Shown: positions 32,915 through 50,189 of the stretch, piece after piece
Layout: each line of letters starts with the position of its first letter
Position numbering within the stretch: the first letter of the stretch is position 1
From: the human T2T-CHM13v2.0 reference genome, Homo sapiens
Strand: one strand, 5' to 3'
Length of the DNA: 64,000 nt
NCBI RefSeq assembly: GCF_009914755.1
Contig: NC_060947.1
Notes under the pieces: model-generated
The model's database searches: none
Seen by the model: only the letters and a program-made list of their open reading frames with translations
Told to the model about the DNA's origin: nothing
Made by a program: the position numbers and the translations under genes

Positions 32915-33170
32915 ATAATAACAACTGACATCTGGTGAGCACTTACTATGTGCCAGCCACTGCTCCCAGTTATGTGTATTAACTCAGTGAATACTGAAAA
33001 CAACCGTATGATGATTCTATTCCTGTCCCCATTCTGAAGATGAGGAGACTGAGGCACATAGATTGATCATTTGACCAGGAATACATACCCAGGAAGAGGA
33101 GGAGCTAAGATTCACACAGAAGCAGCCTGTCACCAAAGCCCATCTCTTAACCTCTGCACAGTGGTGCTTC
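32915..33170 (-). mobile_element. MIR
   Basis: gagcacttactatgtgccag...ccccattctgaagatgaggagactgaggcac. Confidence 0.8.
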
Positions 33171-33510
33171 TCCATGTAGCATGCCAGTCTTTATTCTCAA
33201 TCCCAAATTTTCATGTATGCAATGCCACTGCCAATTTGGATGTCTCGCTGTTTTATGAGTAGGTTTTGTGTGCCTTTCTTTCCGAAGGCCTTTCCAACAT
33301 TCTTTGGCCTCTGATAATATGACTGGAATGCCCTTCTTGCTACTCTCAATTTATCCAAATTATACTTGCACTCCAGGTGCCAGCTCAGGTCTTCTTTTGC
33401 CTGACCCTTAATCACTAGCCTGGCTGAGCTAATGGCTGAGCTGTGGCTTTGCAGGCTTTGCAGCTGATTGGAGCTTAAAGGGCAGAGTCCTAGTCCCAAC
33501 TCTGGCACCA

Positions 33511-33676
33511 GCAGCTGTGGGGCTGTGGAGTACTCTCTCCTTCTCTGACTGAATGGAGTGTGCGTGTGTGAGTGGATTCAAAATAACAAGACTACCTGGG
33601 AGCTGTCCCTGTGAAAGGTTCTGGTGCTGTGGTAGGGAAACAGCCTGCCCAAAGAGATTTGCCTCTAAATTAATAC
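33511..33676 (-). repeat. Right arm of a 166-bp inverted repeat
   Basis: Reverse complement of 32371-32536. Confidence 0.95.
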
Positions 33677-34346
33677 AGTCAGGGGAGAGGGGGCACTTCA
33701 GTGTGCTTCAAAATGATTAGATTTGGGTTTGGCTTCCCTTATTCTTTTTAGACAACAGCGTGTTTCTACTCTCTCAGGAGTGTTGACTCTGGGATGGCAT
33801 CACTTGTGTTAGTTCCCAATAACCTTGACAGAGTTTGTAATTACAGAGTGGCAGCAGAGAGAATGCAGAGGCAAGTGCATGCTAGAGCAATTGCTAGACA
33901 AAGAGTACACAGGGCAAGTGACAAGCAGAGGGCAATGGGTAGGCTTGTGGGAAGGGGGCAGGAGGCAGGGAAGGAAGCATTCAAGAAAGGATATTGGCAC
34001 AAGTTGTGCGACTCCTTTTGGAAAAGGATTGTGCCGTCATCAAAGCTTTAGGGGTTCCAGAAGTTTTGTATGAAAGGGAGTCAAAAGTCACCCTTTTATT
34101 CTTCTTATTGGTTCACGTGCTCATAGTCCCTAATTCTCTTTAGGGAGTTCATCTGGTAATGAGAGATTATTTGGCTCCATGGGAGCACGGTCAGCAGATG
34201 ACAGGCTGTGTGATTTATGTGATTTGAGAGGCTCATGATCTCCCCTATGAGCCTGTGAACTGCTTGAGGGCAGTATGATCTCTTTACTAGTGTATTTGCT
34301 TCACACCTTGCCCAGGCCATAGTAAGTGATTATTAAATATCTACTG

Positions 34347-34742
<396 letters not shown>

Positions 34743-34850
34743 TTATTCTGTGGGTGGTGTAGAAGCTGGGAAGTCAGCATAAAGTAGTGGCACTAGGCCA
34801 AAAGAGTCACTGAGTTAAGTTCTATCTCTATGACAGAAGTGTATTATAGG

Positions 34851-35184
34851 GGCTGGCGCAATGGCACATCCCTGTAATCCCAGCACTTTTGGGAGGCTGA
34901 GGCGGGTGGATCACTTCAGTCCAGCAGTTTGAGACCAGCCTGGGCAATATAGTGAAACATCATCTCTACAAAAAATACCAAATATTTTTTGGTGTTTTGT
35001 GATGGTGCATGCCTGTAGTCCCAGATACCCAGGGGGTGGGCGGGGTGGGGGTGGCAGAGGTGGGAGGATAGCTTGAGTCCGGGGGGCCAACACTGCAGTG
35101 CACCATAACTGCACCACTGTACACCAGCCTGGGAGACAGTGAGACCCTGACTCAAAAACAAAAAACAAAAATACAACCAAAAAA
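34851..35184 (+). mobile_element. AluJ with a G-rich expansion
   Basis: Diverged Alu; TSD agaa(g/a)tgtattata. Confidence 0.9.
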
Positions 35185-36004
35185 GAAATGTATTATATGC
35201 GTTAGTAGGTGTTTAGTGTAGTCCAATGCAGTCAGCAGAAAGCAAGTAAGTCCTGGCCCTGGTCGTGCTACTGGTATAGGTGGTGAGGTTTCCTAATGGC
35301 CCATTTATACTTCTGCCAAACAGCTCCCATTTTCTGTCACAGAATTAGGCACGTGTAGATGTTCAAGAACATGTTGTAGATTTTCAAGAAATATATGTTG
35401 AGTAATAGTAGATTGCTTACGTTGATATTTACTATGTGCCCTTTCAGGTGAAATAACTAAGACACAGGAAGTGTCTTAGCCATACCGCTAGTGAGTTGAA
35501 AGACCTGGATTGGAATCCCAGCAGTCTGGCTCTGGCACTCTCTTATACCACACTGCACCCTGAACTTTAGTTACTCCTTTGAATGGAAGGCATTGAAATT
35601 GTTGTGAATAATGCAAATATCTTGGAAGGGAACACATTTGTCCTCTGTTTTTAGCATATTCATCAGTCAATATATTTCTTGACTACAGTATGTGGCCTAT
35701 ACATACCTGAATATGAACTAACTTACACAGTTTAAGTTTCAACATATGCGTACCATCCACACAATCAAGATAATGATGAATATATTCATCATGCTTAAAT
35801 GTTTCCTTGTGCCTCTTTATAAACTCCCCTTCTTAGACCTCTTTACCCTCCTGCCCCATTGCTAGGCAACTACTGATCTGCTTTCTGTCACTGTAGATTA
35901 TTTTGCATTTCATAAATTTTTAAATACATGAAAGTATAAAGTATGTATTATCATTGTTATTTTTATTTAGCAGTACCTGTGACTTTGTCACCAATGAATA
36001 TCAC

Positions 36005-36657
<653 letters not shown>

Positions 36658-36892
36658 CAGTTTGATTATTTTTATATTCACCCATGTTGTTACATGTATA
36701 AATAGATAATTTCTTTTTATTGTTGAGTAGTATTTCATCATACAGTTATACTACAATTTGTTTATTCATCCATTCATTTGTTGATGGACATTTGGGTTGT
36801 TTCAGGTTTAAACCATTACAAATAAAGCTTCTGTGGACATCTGTCTACAAGTTTCTGTATCAACATATTTTTGTTTATCTTGTGTAAATAAC

Positions 36893-37185
36893 TTTTTTTT
36901 TTGAGACAGGATCTCACTCTGTTGCTCAGGCTAAATTACAGTGGCATGATCACAGGACACTGCAGCCTCAACCTCCCCAGGCTCAGATGATCCTCCCACC
37001 TCAGCCTCCCAAGTAGCTGGGACCATAAGCGCACACCACCATGCCTGGCTAATTTTCGTATTTTTTGTAGAGACAGGATTTTGCCATGTTACTCAGGCTG
37101 ATCTTGAACTCCTGAGCTCAAGTGGTCTGCCTACCTTGGTCTCGCAAAGTGCTGGGATTACAGGTGTGAGCCATCGTGCCTGGCC
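36893..37185 (-). mobile_element. AluJ
   Basis: TSD tatcttgtgtaaata. Confidence 0.92.
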
Positions 37186-37552
37186 TATCTTGTGTAAATA
37201 TTTTTTAGAAACTGCCAAACTGATGTCAAAAGTGGTTGTATCATTTTACATTCCCAATAGCAGTGTATGAGCGTTCCAGTTGCTCTATATACTTGCCAAC
37301 AGTAGGTATTGTTATTTTTAAAAAAAGTTTAGAGATTTTAGTGTGTGAATAGTGGTATATCATTATTGTTTTAATTTGTTAATATATCTACCTAATGTTT
37401 AGCATCTTCTCATGTGTTTATTGGCCATGTGTATATCTACTGTGGTGTGAGGCGGTAGTTCAAAACTTTTGTTCATTTTTAAACATAGTTGTTTTTTATA
37501 TTTTTTGAATTTTCATCATTCTTTTATTTTATTTACAAGTTCTTTATCAGAT

Positions 37553-37890
37553 GTATCAATTTGCTATTGACACATGGACTTAACAGCTTTAAACAACACT
37601 CATTTATTTGTACAGAGTTCTGTAGGTCAGGAGTATGGGACAGCATGGCTCGGTTCTCTGCTCAGAGTCTCAGAATGCTGAAGTCAAAGTTGTGGTTAGG
37701 CTAAGTTCTTGTCTCAAGGCATTGGGCAAGAAACTGGTTCCAAGCTCATTATTGTTATTGGGGCAGAATTGAGTTCTTGTGGTTGTAGAACTGAGGTCCC
37801 CATTTCCTGGTTTGCTGTCAGCTAAGGGTCACTCTCAGGTCTTAGAAGTTGCTCACATTTCATTGCTATGCAGCCCACTCCATTTTCCAG
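37553..37890 (-). mobile_element. MLT1 LTR fragment
   Basis: ttaaacaacactcatttatt...gttctgtaggtcaggag...gttgtagaactgaggtccccatttcctgg. Confidence 0.75.
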
Positions 37891-38685
37891 TACCGTTTGT
37901 TAAAAAGACTATCCCTTTCCCCTTGAATTGCTTTTGAAGACTGTCAAAATTACATATATATGTGGGTACAGTTCTAAATTTTCTATTCTGTTTCATTGAT
38001 TTATTTGTCTATACTTATGTTGATACCAATGTGTTTGGGTTACAGTAGCTTTATGAGTCTTGAAATTAAATAGTGGGAGCCCTCCAATATTATTTTTTTG
38101 AAGTTTCTTTAGACTATTCTAGGTGGTATGTATGTATGTCCATATGAATTTCAGACTCAGCTTGTTATGTCTAAAAAAACAGGCCTGCTGAGATTTTGAT
38201 TGGGATAGTATTGAATAGATCAAATCAGGGAGAATGGACATCTTAACATTATTGAGTTTTCTGTTCCATGAACGTGGTATATTTCCCTCATTTGTTTAGG
38301 TCTTCGTGGTTTCTTTCATCTGTGTTTTGTATTTTTCACCATACAGATCCTGCACATATTTTGTCACCTATATCCATGATCATTTAATATTTTGATGCTA
38401 TTATAAGTGGTATTGTTTTTAAATTTCATTTTCCAATTGTTGCCAGTATATAGACATATAATTGTTTTTTATATATTAATCTTGTATCCTTTAACTTTGC
38501 TAAATTCACTTATTCATTGTAGTTGTTTTTATTTAGATTCCACAGGATTTTCTGTACTGACAATCATCATTCTCAAATAAAGACAATTTTACTTACCTTT
38601 TCTTTCCAATTTGGATGTCTTTTATCTTTTTCTTGCCTTATTATACTGAGTAGGACCTGCAGTACACTGTTGAATAGAATGGAGA

Positions 38686-39047
38686 TTTTTTGTTTTTTTT
38701 TTACTTTTAAGTTCAGAGGTACAAGTGCAGGTTTGTTACATAGGTTAACTTGTGTCATGGGGGTTTGTTGTACAGATTATTTCATCACCCAGGTATTAAG
38801 CCTAGTACCCATTAATTGTTTTTCCTGATCCTCGCTCTCCTGCCACCCTGCGCCCTCCAAAAGGCTTCAGTGTGTGTTATTCCCCTCTATGTGTCCTTGT
38901 GTCTCATCATTTAGCTCCCACTTATAAGTGAAAACATGCAGTATTTGGTTTTCTGTTCCTGTGTTAGTTTGCTAAGCATAGTGGCCTCCAACTCCATTCA
39001 TATCCCTGCAAAGGACATGATCTCATTCTTTTTTATGGCTGCATAGT
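38686..39047 (-). mobile_element. 5'-truncated older L1PA (PA13-16-like) 3' end
   Basis: gtacagattatttcatcacccaggtattaagcctagtaccc; TSD agaatgga(g/a)att. Confidence 0.85.
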
Positions 39048-39387
39048 AAGAATGGAAATTCTTGCCTTGATTCTGACTTTAGGGTGAAAGCATTTAGTTT
39101 TTCACCATTAATTATAATGTTAAATTTAGACATTTCCATAGGTGTTTTTTAATGAGGTTAAGGAAATTTCTTTGTATTTATAGTATCATTATAATTTTTT
39201 AAAATTAGGATAGATGTTACATTTTATCAAATTCCTTTTCTTTTTTTAAATTTTATTATTATTATACTTTAAGTTTGGGGGTACATGTGCACAACGTGCA
39301 GGTTTGTTACATATGTATACATGTGCCATGTTGGTGTGCTGCACCCCTTAACTCGTCATTTAACATTAGGTATATCTCCTAATGCTA

Positions 39388-42408
<3,021 letters not shown>

Positions 42409-42471
42409 TATGATGTTAGCTGGTTATTTTGCTCGTTAGTTGATGCAGTTTCTTCCTAGCATCAATGGTCT

Positions 42472-43479
42472 TTACAATTTGGTATGTTTTTGCAGTGGTT
42501 AGTACCGGTTTTTCCTTTCCATGTTTAGTGCTTCCTTCAGGAGCTCTTGTAAGGCAGGCCTGGTGGTGACAAAATCTCTCAACATTAGCTTGTCTGTAAA
42601 GGTTTTATTTCTCCTTCACTTATGAAGCTTAGTTTTTCTGGATATGAAATTTTGGGTTGAAAATTCTTTTCTTTAAGAATGTTGAATATTGGCCCCCACT
42701 CTCTTCTGGCTTGTAGAGTTTCTGCTGAGAGATCCGCTGTTAGTCTGATGGGCTTCCCTTTGTGGGTAACCCGACCTTTCTTTCTGGCTGCCCTTAACAT
42801 TTTTTTCCTTCATTTCAACTTTGGTGAATCTGACAATTATGTGTCTTGGAGTTGCTCTTCTCGAGGAGTATCTTTGTGGCATTCTCTGTATTTCCTGAAT
42901 TTGAATGTCTTGCTAGATTGGGGAAGTTCTCCTGGATTATATCCTGCAGAGTGTTTTCCAACTTGGTTCCATTCTCCCTGTGACTTTCAGGTACACCAGT
43001 CAGACATAGATTTGGTCTTTTCACATAGTCCCATATTTCTTGGAGGCTTTGTTCATTTCTTTTTATTCTTTTTTCTCTAAACTTCTCTTCTCGCTTCATT
43101 TCATTCATTTGATCTTCCATCACTGATACCCTTTCTTCTAGTTGATCGAATCAGCTACTGAGGCTTGTGCATTCGTCATGTAGTTCTCATTCTGTGGTTT
43201 TCAGCTCCATCAGGTCCTTAAAGACTTCTCTGCATTGGTTATTCTAGTTAGCCATTCGTCTAATTTCTTTTCAAGGTTTTTAACTGCTTAGCTATGGGTT
43301 CGAACTTCCTCCTTTAGCTCGGAATAGTTTGGTTGTCTGTAGCCTTCTTCTCTCAACTCGTCAAAGTCATTCTCCATCCAGCTTTGTTCCGTTGCTGATG
43401 AGGAGTTGTGTTCCTTTGGAGGAGGAGAGGTGCTCTGATTTTTAGCGTTTCCAGTTTTTCTGCTCTGTTTTTTCCCCAT
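42472..43479 (-). pseudogene. Disrupted L1 ORF1p
   Basis: Pieces 43288-43479, 42815-43123, 42673-42882 and 42585-42800. Confidence 0.92.
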
Positions 43480-44054
43480 CTTTGTGGTTTTATCTACCTT
43501 TGGTCTTTGATGATGGTGACGTACAGATGGGGTTTTGGTATGGATAACCTTTCTGTTTGTTAGTTTTCCTTCTAACAGTCAGGACCCCCAGCTGTAGGTC
43601 TGTTGGAGTTTGCTGGAGGTCCACTCCAGACCCTATTTGCCTGGGTATCAGCAGCAGAGGCTGCAGAACAGAGGATATTTGTTAACAGCAAATGTTGCTG
43701 CCTTATCGTTCCTCTGGAAGTTTTGTCTCAGAGGAGTACCCAGCCGTGTGAGGTGTCAGTCTGCCCCTACTCGGGGGTGCCTCCCAGTTAGGCTACTCTG
43801 GGGTCAGGGACTCACTTGAGGAGGCAGTCTGTCCGTTCTCAGATCTCCAGCTGCGTGCTGGGAGAACCACTACTCTCTTCAAAGCTGTCAGACCGGGACA
43901 TTGAAGTCTGCAGAGGTTTCTGCTGCCTTTTGTTTGGCTATGCTTTGCCCCCAGAGTTGGAGTCTACAGATGCAGGCAGGCCTCCTTGAGCTGCAGTGGG
44001 CTCCACCCAGTTCGAGCTTCCCGGCTGCTTTGTTTACCTACTCAAGCCTTGGCA

Positions 44055-44381
44055 ATGGCAGGCACCCCTCCCCCAGACTCGCTGCCACCTTGCAGTTTGA
44101 TCTCAGACTGCTGTGCTAGCAATAAGCAAGGCTCTGTCGGTGTAGGACCGTCTGAGCCAGGCGCAGGATATAATCTCCTGGTGTGCCATTTTCTAAGACT
44201 GTTGGAAAAGTGCAGTATTAGGGTGGGAGTGACCCGATTTTCCAGGTGCCATCTGTCACCAGTTTCTTTGACTAGGAAAGGGAATTCCCTGACCCCTTGC
44301 ACTTCCCGGGTGAGGCAATGCCTCGCCCTGCTTCAGCTCATGCTCAGTGTGCTGCACCCACTTTCCGACACTCCCCAGTGA
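44055..44381 (+). CDS. L1 antisense ORF0 reading frame, intact and extended (108 aa); expression unknown
   Basis: gcaATGg Kozak context. MAGTPPPDSLPPCSLISDCCASN...VGVTRFSRC matches primate L1 ORF0 and stays open to TGA at 44379-44381. Confidence 0.5.
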   Translation: MAGTPPPDSLPPCSLISDCCASNKQGSVGVGPSEPGAGYNLLVCHFLRLLEKCSIRVGVTRFSRCHLSPVSLTRKGNSLTPCTSRVRQCLALLQLMLSVLHPLSDTPQ

Positions 44382-46419
44382 GATGAAGCCGGTACCTCAG
44401 TTGGAATTGCAGAAATCACCCATCTTCTGTGTTGCTCATTCTGGGAGCTGTAGACTGGAGCTGTTCATATTTGGCCATCTTGGCTCCTCCCTGAAGTTCA
44501 AATATGAAATCAATCTTTCAATCCTTGGATTAACCCTGTTTGATTATCATGTATCAACCCTCTTTATATTGTTAATTCTATTTGGTAAAGTTTTGTATAG
44601 ATGTTTACATCTATGTTCGTGAGAGATAGTGGTCTTTGATTTTTTTTTCTTATAATATTTTTGTCCGTTTTGCATATCAGAATAATGCTGGCCTCTCAGA
44701 AAAAGGTGGGAAATAGTCCTTTAATTTCCTGCAAGAGTTTGGGTAGAATTGATACTATTCGTTTCTTTAATGTTTGGTAGAACATTTTGTCTGACTTCTT
44801 GCACTGTGATTGTTTTGGTAGAATTCACAAGTGAAGTCATCTGGGAATGGAGTTCTCTTTGTGAGAAGATTTTTAATGACAAATTAAATTTTGTTAATAA
44901 ACATAGAACTGTTTACATCAATACCAAGGCTAGGGTGAGACAAGGGGGCACTCACTGCCAGGGCCATGCAAATCCCAAAGAGGACTCAGCTCAAAGCTGT
45001 CAGGACATTGGTACTCTCAGCAAGTGGGAAATGAATTTCATAATCCTCACAAGTGGATCTGGGAGGCAACATAGCATCCACCACACTGTTCAATACACTC
45101 TAATTCATTTTATAACATTGATATGGAGAAGATCTGCTATTAAAATTCAAAACAGGCATTAGTTCAGTGGTTAGAATATTATGCTTTGTTGTTTACAGAC
45201 ATGATTAATTTCTTCTGTTTACTTTAAAAATGCCAGCATGTATTTTGCAGGAGTGATTTTAGGGTGAATCCAACTGTCAATTACAGTCAAGATTCTAGCC
45301 ACCAGAATAGTCAAAGCTGGGATACAACAATCATCTCTTTCTAACTGATAATTACTGCAACCCAAATATTAGCAGAACTTAATTTACTATCAGAGCCTTG
45401 AGGTGATGGAATACAGGGCAGAACCATTTGCACTGGACTGGGACCAAGGTCCTGATATTTCCAGGGTGTATAGTTTTGGGTGGGGAGATGAGTCAAAAAG
45501 AGGGAATAGAGCTCTCTAGAAGTAATCAAAACTGGCTTTGTACCATTTTTTGGGACCCGTGCTGCTGTGAGCTCGTGGATGTAGTTTTTAGGCAATGGAC
45601 TATTTTCCCTACAACTTGCAAAATTGATAGTGACTTTCATTTTCATCTCATAATCCAAAGAGGAGCAGAAAAAAACCTCTATTGCATATTACAGTGCTAA
45701 ATTCGCAAGTGATAGAGAACATGTTGAGGAGACATCCTTTAGAAGCTTACATCTATTGATGCCTGTGAGTAACTGGGGCATTATATATATAAAGGCATTA
45801 TTTTAATTTCAATAAAAACGAAAGCAAGTCAAAGTAGATTTGTTTAAGGGTAAATTCAGACATGATGTAGTATATAATGAAAAGTTTGAAGTTTTAAGTA
45901 ATTCCAGTTCCTTCTTGATATGCCCTGAGCTAACAGGTCTTAAATGACAGCCCTAAAGTAATCCTTTCTCTCTTTGTTCTAATCTTACATGGATTCATGG
46001 CGCTATGGCTGGGGTGATGCAGTTTCTTCTTATATGAAGGCGCAGCCCTATGTCATGTGTTCTTTCTAGGCAGGAAGGATCTCTGGAGTCCTTGATACAG
46101 TGCTCAGCATTGAGTCAGCCTTGTCATCAACTTCCTGATGGATTCCTCCCATGGCTAAGTGCCTTGATATAGTTGTGCTCTTGTCTTGTGCTTGCTTGTC
46201 CCTTGGGCACTGGAGGCCTATGATTTGATTCCAAGCCTGGTGATAGGATTCTTGCTAGGGTCTGCTTCACTTCTATACACTGCCCTGCCTGCCACTCTGT
46301 CACACCTCAGTCATTGCTGGATTTCCCTGTTGGCAATTGCTTGTAGCCCAATTGTTCCTCTGCCAATGTTATGCTGATTCTTCCCCTGCTGTCACCTACA
46401 GCATGATATTGGCGCTAGT

Positions 46420-46525
46420 GACAGGCTCTGTAGATTTGAATGTGCCACTAACTTGTTGTTTGACCCTTGGCAAGTTAATAAACTTACTTTTTAAAACCAA
46501 ATTTCTATGTCATATCTAAAATGGT
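46420..46525 (+). mobile_element. MIR fragment
   Basis: tgccactaacttg...tgacccttggcaagtt...tctaaaatgg. Confidence 0.6.
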
Positions 46526-49500
46526 ACCTAGTAGGAGGGAGGTGGAGCAAAATGGCAAATAGAAGCCTCCACTGATTGTCCTCCATGCAGGAACACCAAA
46601 TTTGACAACTATCTACATTAAAAAGCACCTTCATAAGAACTAAAATTCAGGTGACACAGTATCTGGTTTTAACTTCATATTGCTGAAAGAGGCACTGAAG
46701 ATGGTCAGAAAGACAGTCTTGAATTGCCAACGCCACTCATTCTCTTTATTTCAGCAGTGACTTTGCAGTGAGGTGAATCTGTGCACTTGGGGGAGAGAGT
46801 GCAGTCATCATTGGACTTTGCATTGGAACTCAGTGCTGCCCTGTCACAGTGGAAAGCAACACCAAAGCAACACCAGGCAGAACTGATGCCTATAGAGGGA
46901 GCATTTAGACAAGCCCTAATCAGAGGAGAATCATTCATCCAAACCATGGGAACTCAAGTTCCCATAAGCCTCATCACCTTGGGCTAAAGTGCTTTGGAGT
47001 TCTAAATAAACTTGAAAGGCAATCTAGGCCACAAGTACTGCAACTCCTAGGTATGTCTTAGTGCTGTGCTGGGCTCAGAGCCAGTCAACTTCTGGGGGCA
47101 CGTGACCTAGTGAGACACCAACTGGGGTGGCCAAAGGGAGTCCCTGTGCCACCCCTCCCCCAACCACAGGCAGTACAGCTCCTAGCTCCTGAAGAGACTC
47201 CTTCCCTTTGTTTGAGGAGAGGAAAGCAAAGAGTAAAGAGGGCTTCGTCTTGCAACTTGGATACCAGCTCAGCCACAGTAGGATAGAGCACTGAGCAGAG
47301 GTGAAAGGCCCGCATCCAGGCCCTAGCTCCTGGACTACATGTCCAGTCACACCCCAGGCCAGAAGTAATCCCACTATCTTGAATGGAAGGACCCAGTCCT
47401 GGTAGTATTCATCGTCTGCTGCATAAAGAGCCCTTTAGCCCTGAGTAATCAGCAGCATTTGCCAGGTAGTAGATGCTGTGAGCCTTTGGTGACACTCTGA
47501 GATATGACAGCTTCAGTTGTGGCCAAGCACATTTGCAGCTGTGGCAGCTATGAGGAGAGGCTTTTTCTGTTTGAGACAAGCAGAGGGAACAGTAAAGGAG
47601 ACTTTGTCTTGCAGCTTAGGTATCAGCTCAGCCAAAGTGGCTCTCGGCGTTCCCTATTCCAGGCCTTGTCTCTTGGATGACATTTCTGGACCTGTCCTGG
47701 GACACAGGGGAGCCCACTTCCCTGAAGGGTGAGGCCCAGGCCTGGCAGCATTCACCACAATCTGACTGAAGAGCCCTTGGGCCTTAAATGAACATTGGTG
47801 ATTCCTTGGCAGTACTCTTTGTGGACCTGTGGTGATGGTACACGTGGAGAGAGACTCTTCTGCTTGTGGGAAAGGGAGGGAAGAGTGGGAAGGACTCTGT
47901 CTTGTGGTTTGGGTGCCATCTCAGCTGCAGTATAATAAAGCACCAAGTAGATTTCTGAGGTTTCTGACTTTAGGCCTTGGCTCCAGGATGGCATCTCTGG
48001 ACCCGATGGGGTCCAGGGGAATTTGCAGCCCTGAAGGGAAGGACACAAGCCAGGCTGCCTTCACCACCTGCTGATTTTAGACCCGTTAGGGCATCGAGTG
48101 AACATAGATGGCATCCTGGTGGTGGTTACAGCAGGCCTTGGGTGAAACCCAGTGCTGTGCTGCCTTCAGGTCTGATCCAGCACATTCCCAGTCAGTGATG
48201 GTGGCCACAGAGTTGTTTGTTTCGGAGAAAGTAAGGACAGAGAAGAAGAGTTGCTGCCTGGAAATCTAGAGAATTCCTCTGGATCTTATCCAAGATGACC
48301 AAGGTGGTAGGTACCTCTATGAGTATGCAAGAGCCACAGCATTACTGGGTGTGGAGTACCGCCTAATGCAGATATGGCTGCGTTTACCAAAAACATAGAT
48401 CACAACACCCAAGTTTCTTTAAATATCTGGAAAGCCTTCCCAAGAAGGGTGCAAACAGGCCCAGACTGTGAAGGCTTTAATGAATACCCAGCTCTCAATG
48501 CCAGGACATTGACAGATTTCTACAAGCATCAAGATCATCCAGTAAAACATGACTTCACCAAACAAACTATATAAGTCACCAGGAATGAATCCCGGAGAGA
48601 CAGATATGTGACCTTTTAAACAGAGAATTCAAAATAGTTGTTTTGAGGAAACTCAATGAAATTCAAGATAACACAGAGAAGAAATTTATAATTCTATCAT
48701 AGAAACTTAACTAAGAGATTGAAAAACTAAAAATAATCAAGCAAAAAATCTGGAGTTGAAAAATTCAATTGACCTACTTAAGTGTGCATCAGAGTCTATT
48801 AATTGATCAAGTAGAAGAAAGAATTAGTGAACTTGAAGACAGGCTGTTAGAAAATACACAGTCAGAGGAGACAAAAGGAAAAAGAATAAAAACAATGAAG
48901 CATGCCTACAAGATCTAGAAAATAGTTTCAAAAGGGCAAATCTAAGTGTTATTGGCCTTTAAGAGGAAGTAGAGCAAGAGATAGAGGTAAGAAAATTTAT
49001 TCAAAGGGATAATAACAGTTACTTCCCCAAACCTAGAAAAAGATATCAGTATCCAAGTCTAAGAAGGTCATAGAACACCAAGCAGATTTAACCCAAAGAA
49101 GACTACATCAAGGCATTAAGTAGTTGAACTCCCAAAGAACAAGGATAAAGAAAGGATCCTAAAAGCAGCAAGAGAAGAGAAACGAATAACATACAATGGA
49201 GCTCCAATATGTCTGGCAGACCTTTTCAGTGGAAGCCTTACAGGCCAAGAGACAGTGGCATGACATTTCTGAAGTGCTGAAGGAAAACAACTTTTAACTT
49301 AGAATAGTATATCTGGTGAAAATATCATTCAAACATGAAGGAAAAATAAAGACTTTCCCAGAAAAACAAAAGCTGCGGGATTTAATCACCCCAGACCTGT
49401 CATACAAGAAATGCTAAAGAGACTAGTTTAATCAGAAGAAAAGGACATTAATGAGCAATAAGACATCATCTGAAGGTACAAAACTCACTCATAATAGTAA

Positions 49501-50189
49501 GTACACAGGAAAACACAGCATATAATAACACTGTAACTATGCTTTGTAAACTAATCTTATCCTAACTAGAAAGACTAAATGATGAACCAATCAAAAATAA
49601 TAACTACAACAGCATTCCAAGACGCAGTACATACAAAAAATGAACAGAAATGACAAAAAATTAAAAAGGAGGATGAAGTTAAAGTGTTAAAGTGAAGTTA
49701 AAGAGTTTTTATTAGTTCTCACATTGCTTGTTTGTTTATGCACTCAGTGTAAAGTTTTCATCAATTTAAAGGAATAGGTTAAAAGATAGTATTTGCAAAC
49801 TTCCTGGTAACTTCAAATAAAAAAAAAATACAATGGATAAACAAAAAATAAAAAGCAAGAAGTTAAAACATACCACCAGAGAAAACCACCTTTACTAAAA
49901 GGAAGACAGGAAGGAAAGAAAGAGGGAAGAGAAGAGCACAAAACAACCAGAAAACAAATAACAAAATGGCAGGAGTAAGTCACCTTACTTATCAATAATA
50001 TTGATGGTAAATGGACTAATCTCTCCAATCAAAAGACATAGAGTGGGTGAATGGATAAAAAAGATGAAAACCCATGATCGGTTGCCTATAAGAAACACAC
50101 TTCACCTATAAAGACACACATAGACTGATAATAAAGGGATGGAAAAACATATTGCATGTCAATGGGAACCATAAAAAAGCAGCAGTAGA

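Noticed and set aside
32371-33676. Inverted repeat as terminal inverted repeats of a DNA transposon
   Set aside because: No matching TSD (tgaag / agtca), no transposase, and the spacer is ordinary MIR/L2/unique DNA.
45155-45200. tRNA-like A-box (tagttcagtggttagaa)
   Set aside because: No B-box or cloverleaf; at most an ancient tRNA-derived SINE head.
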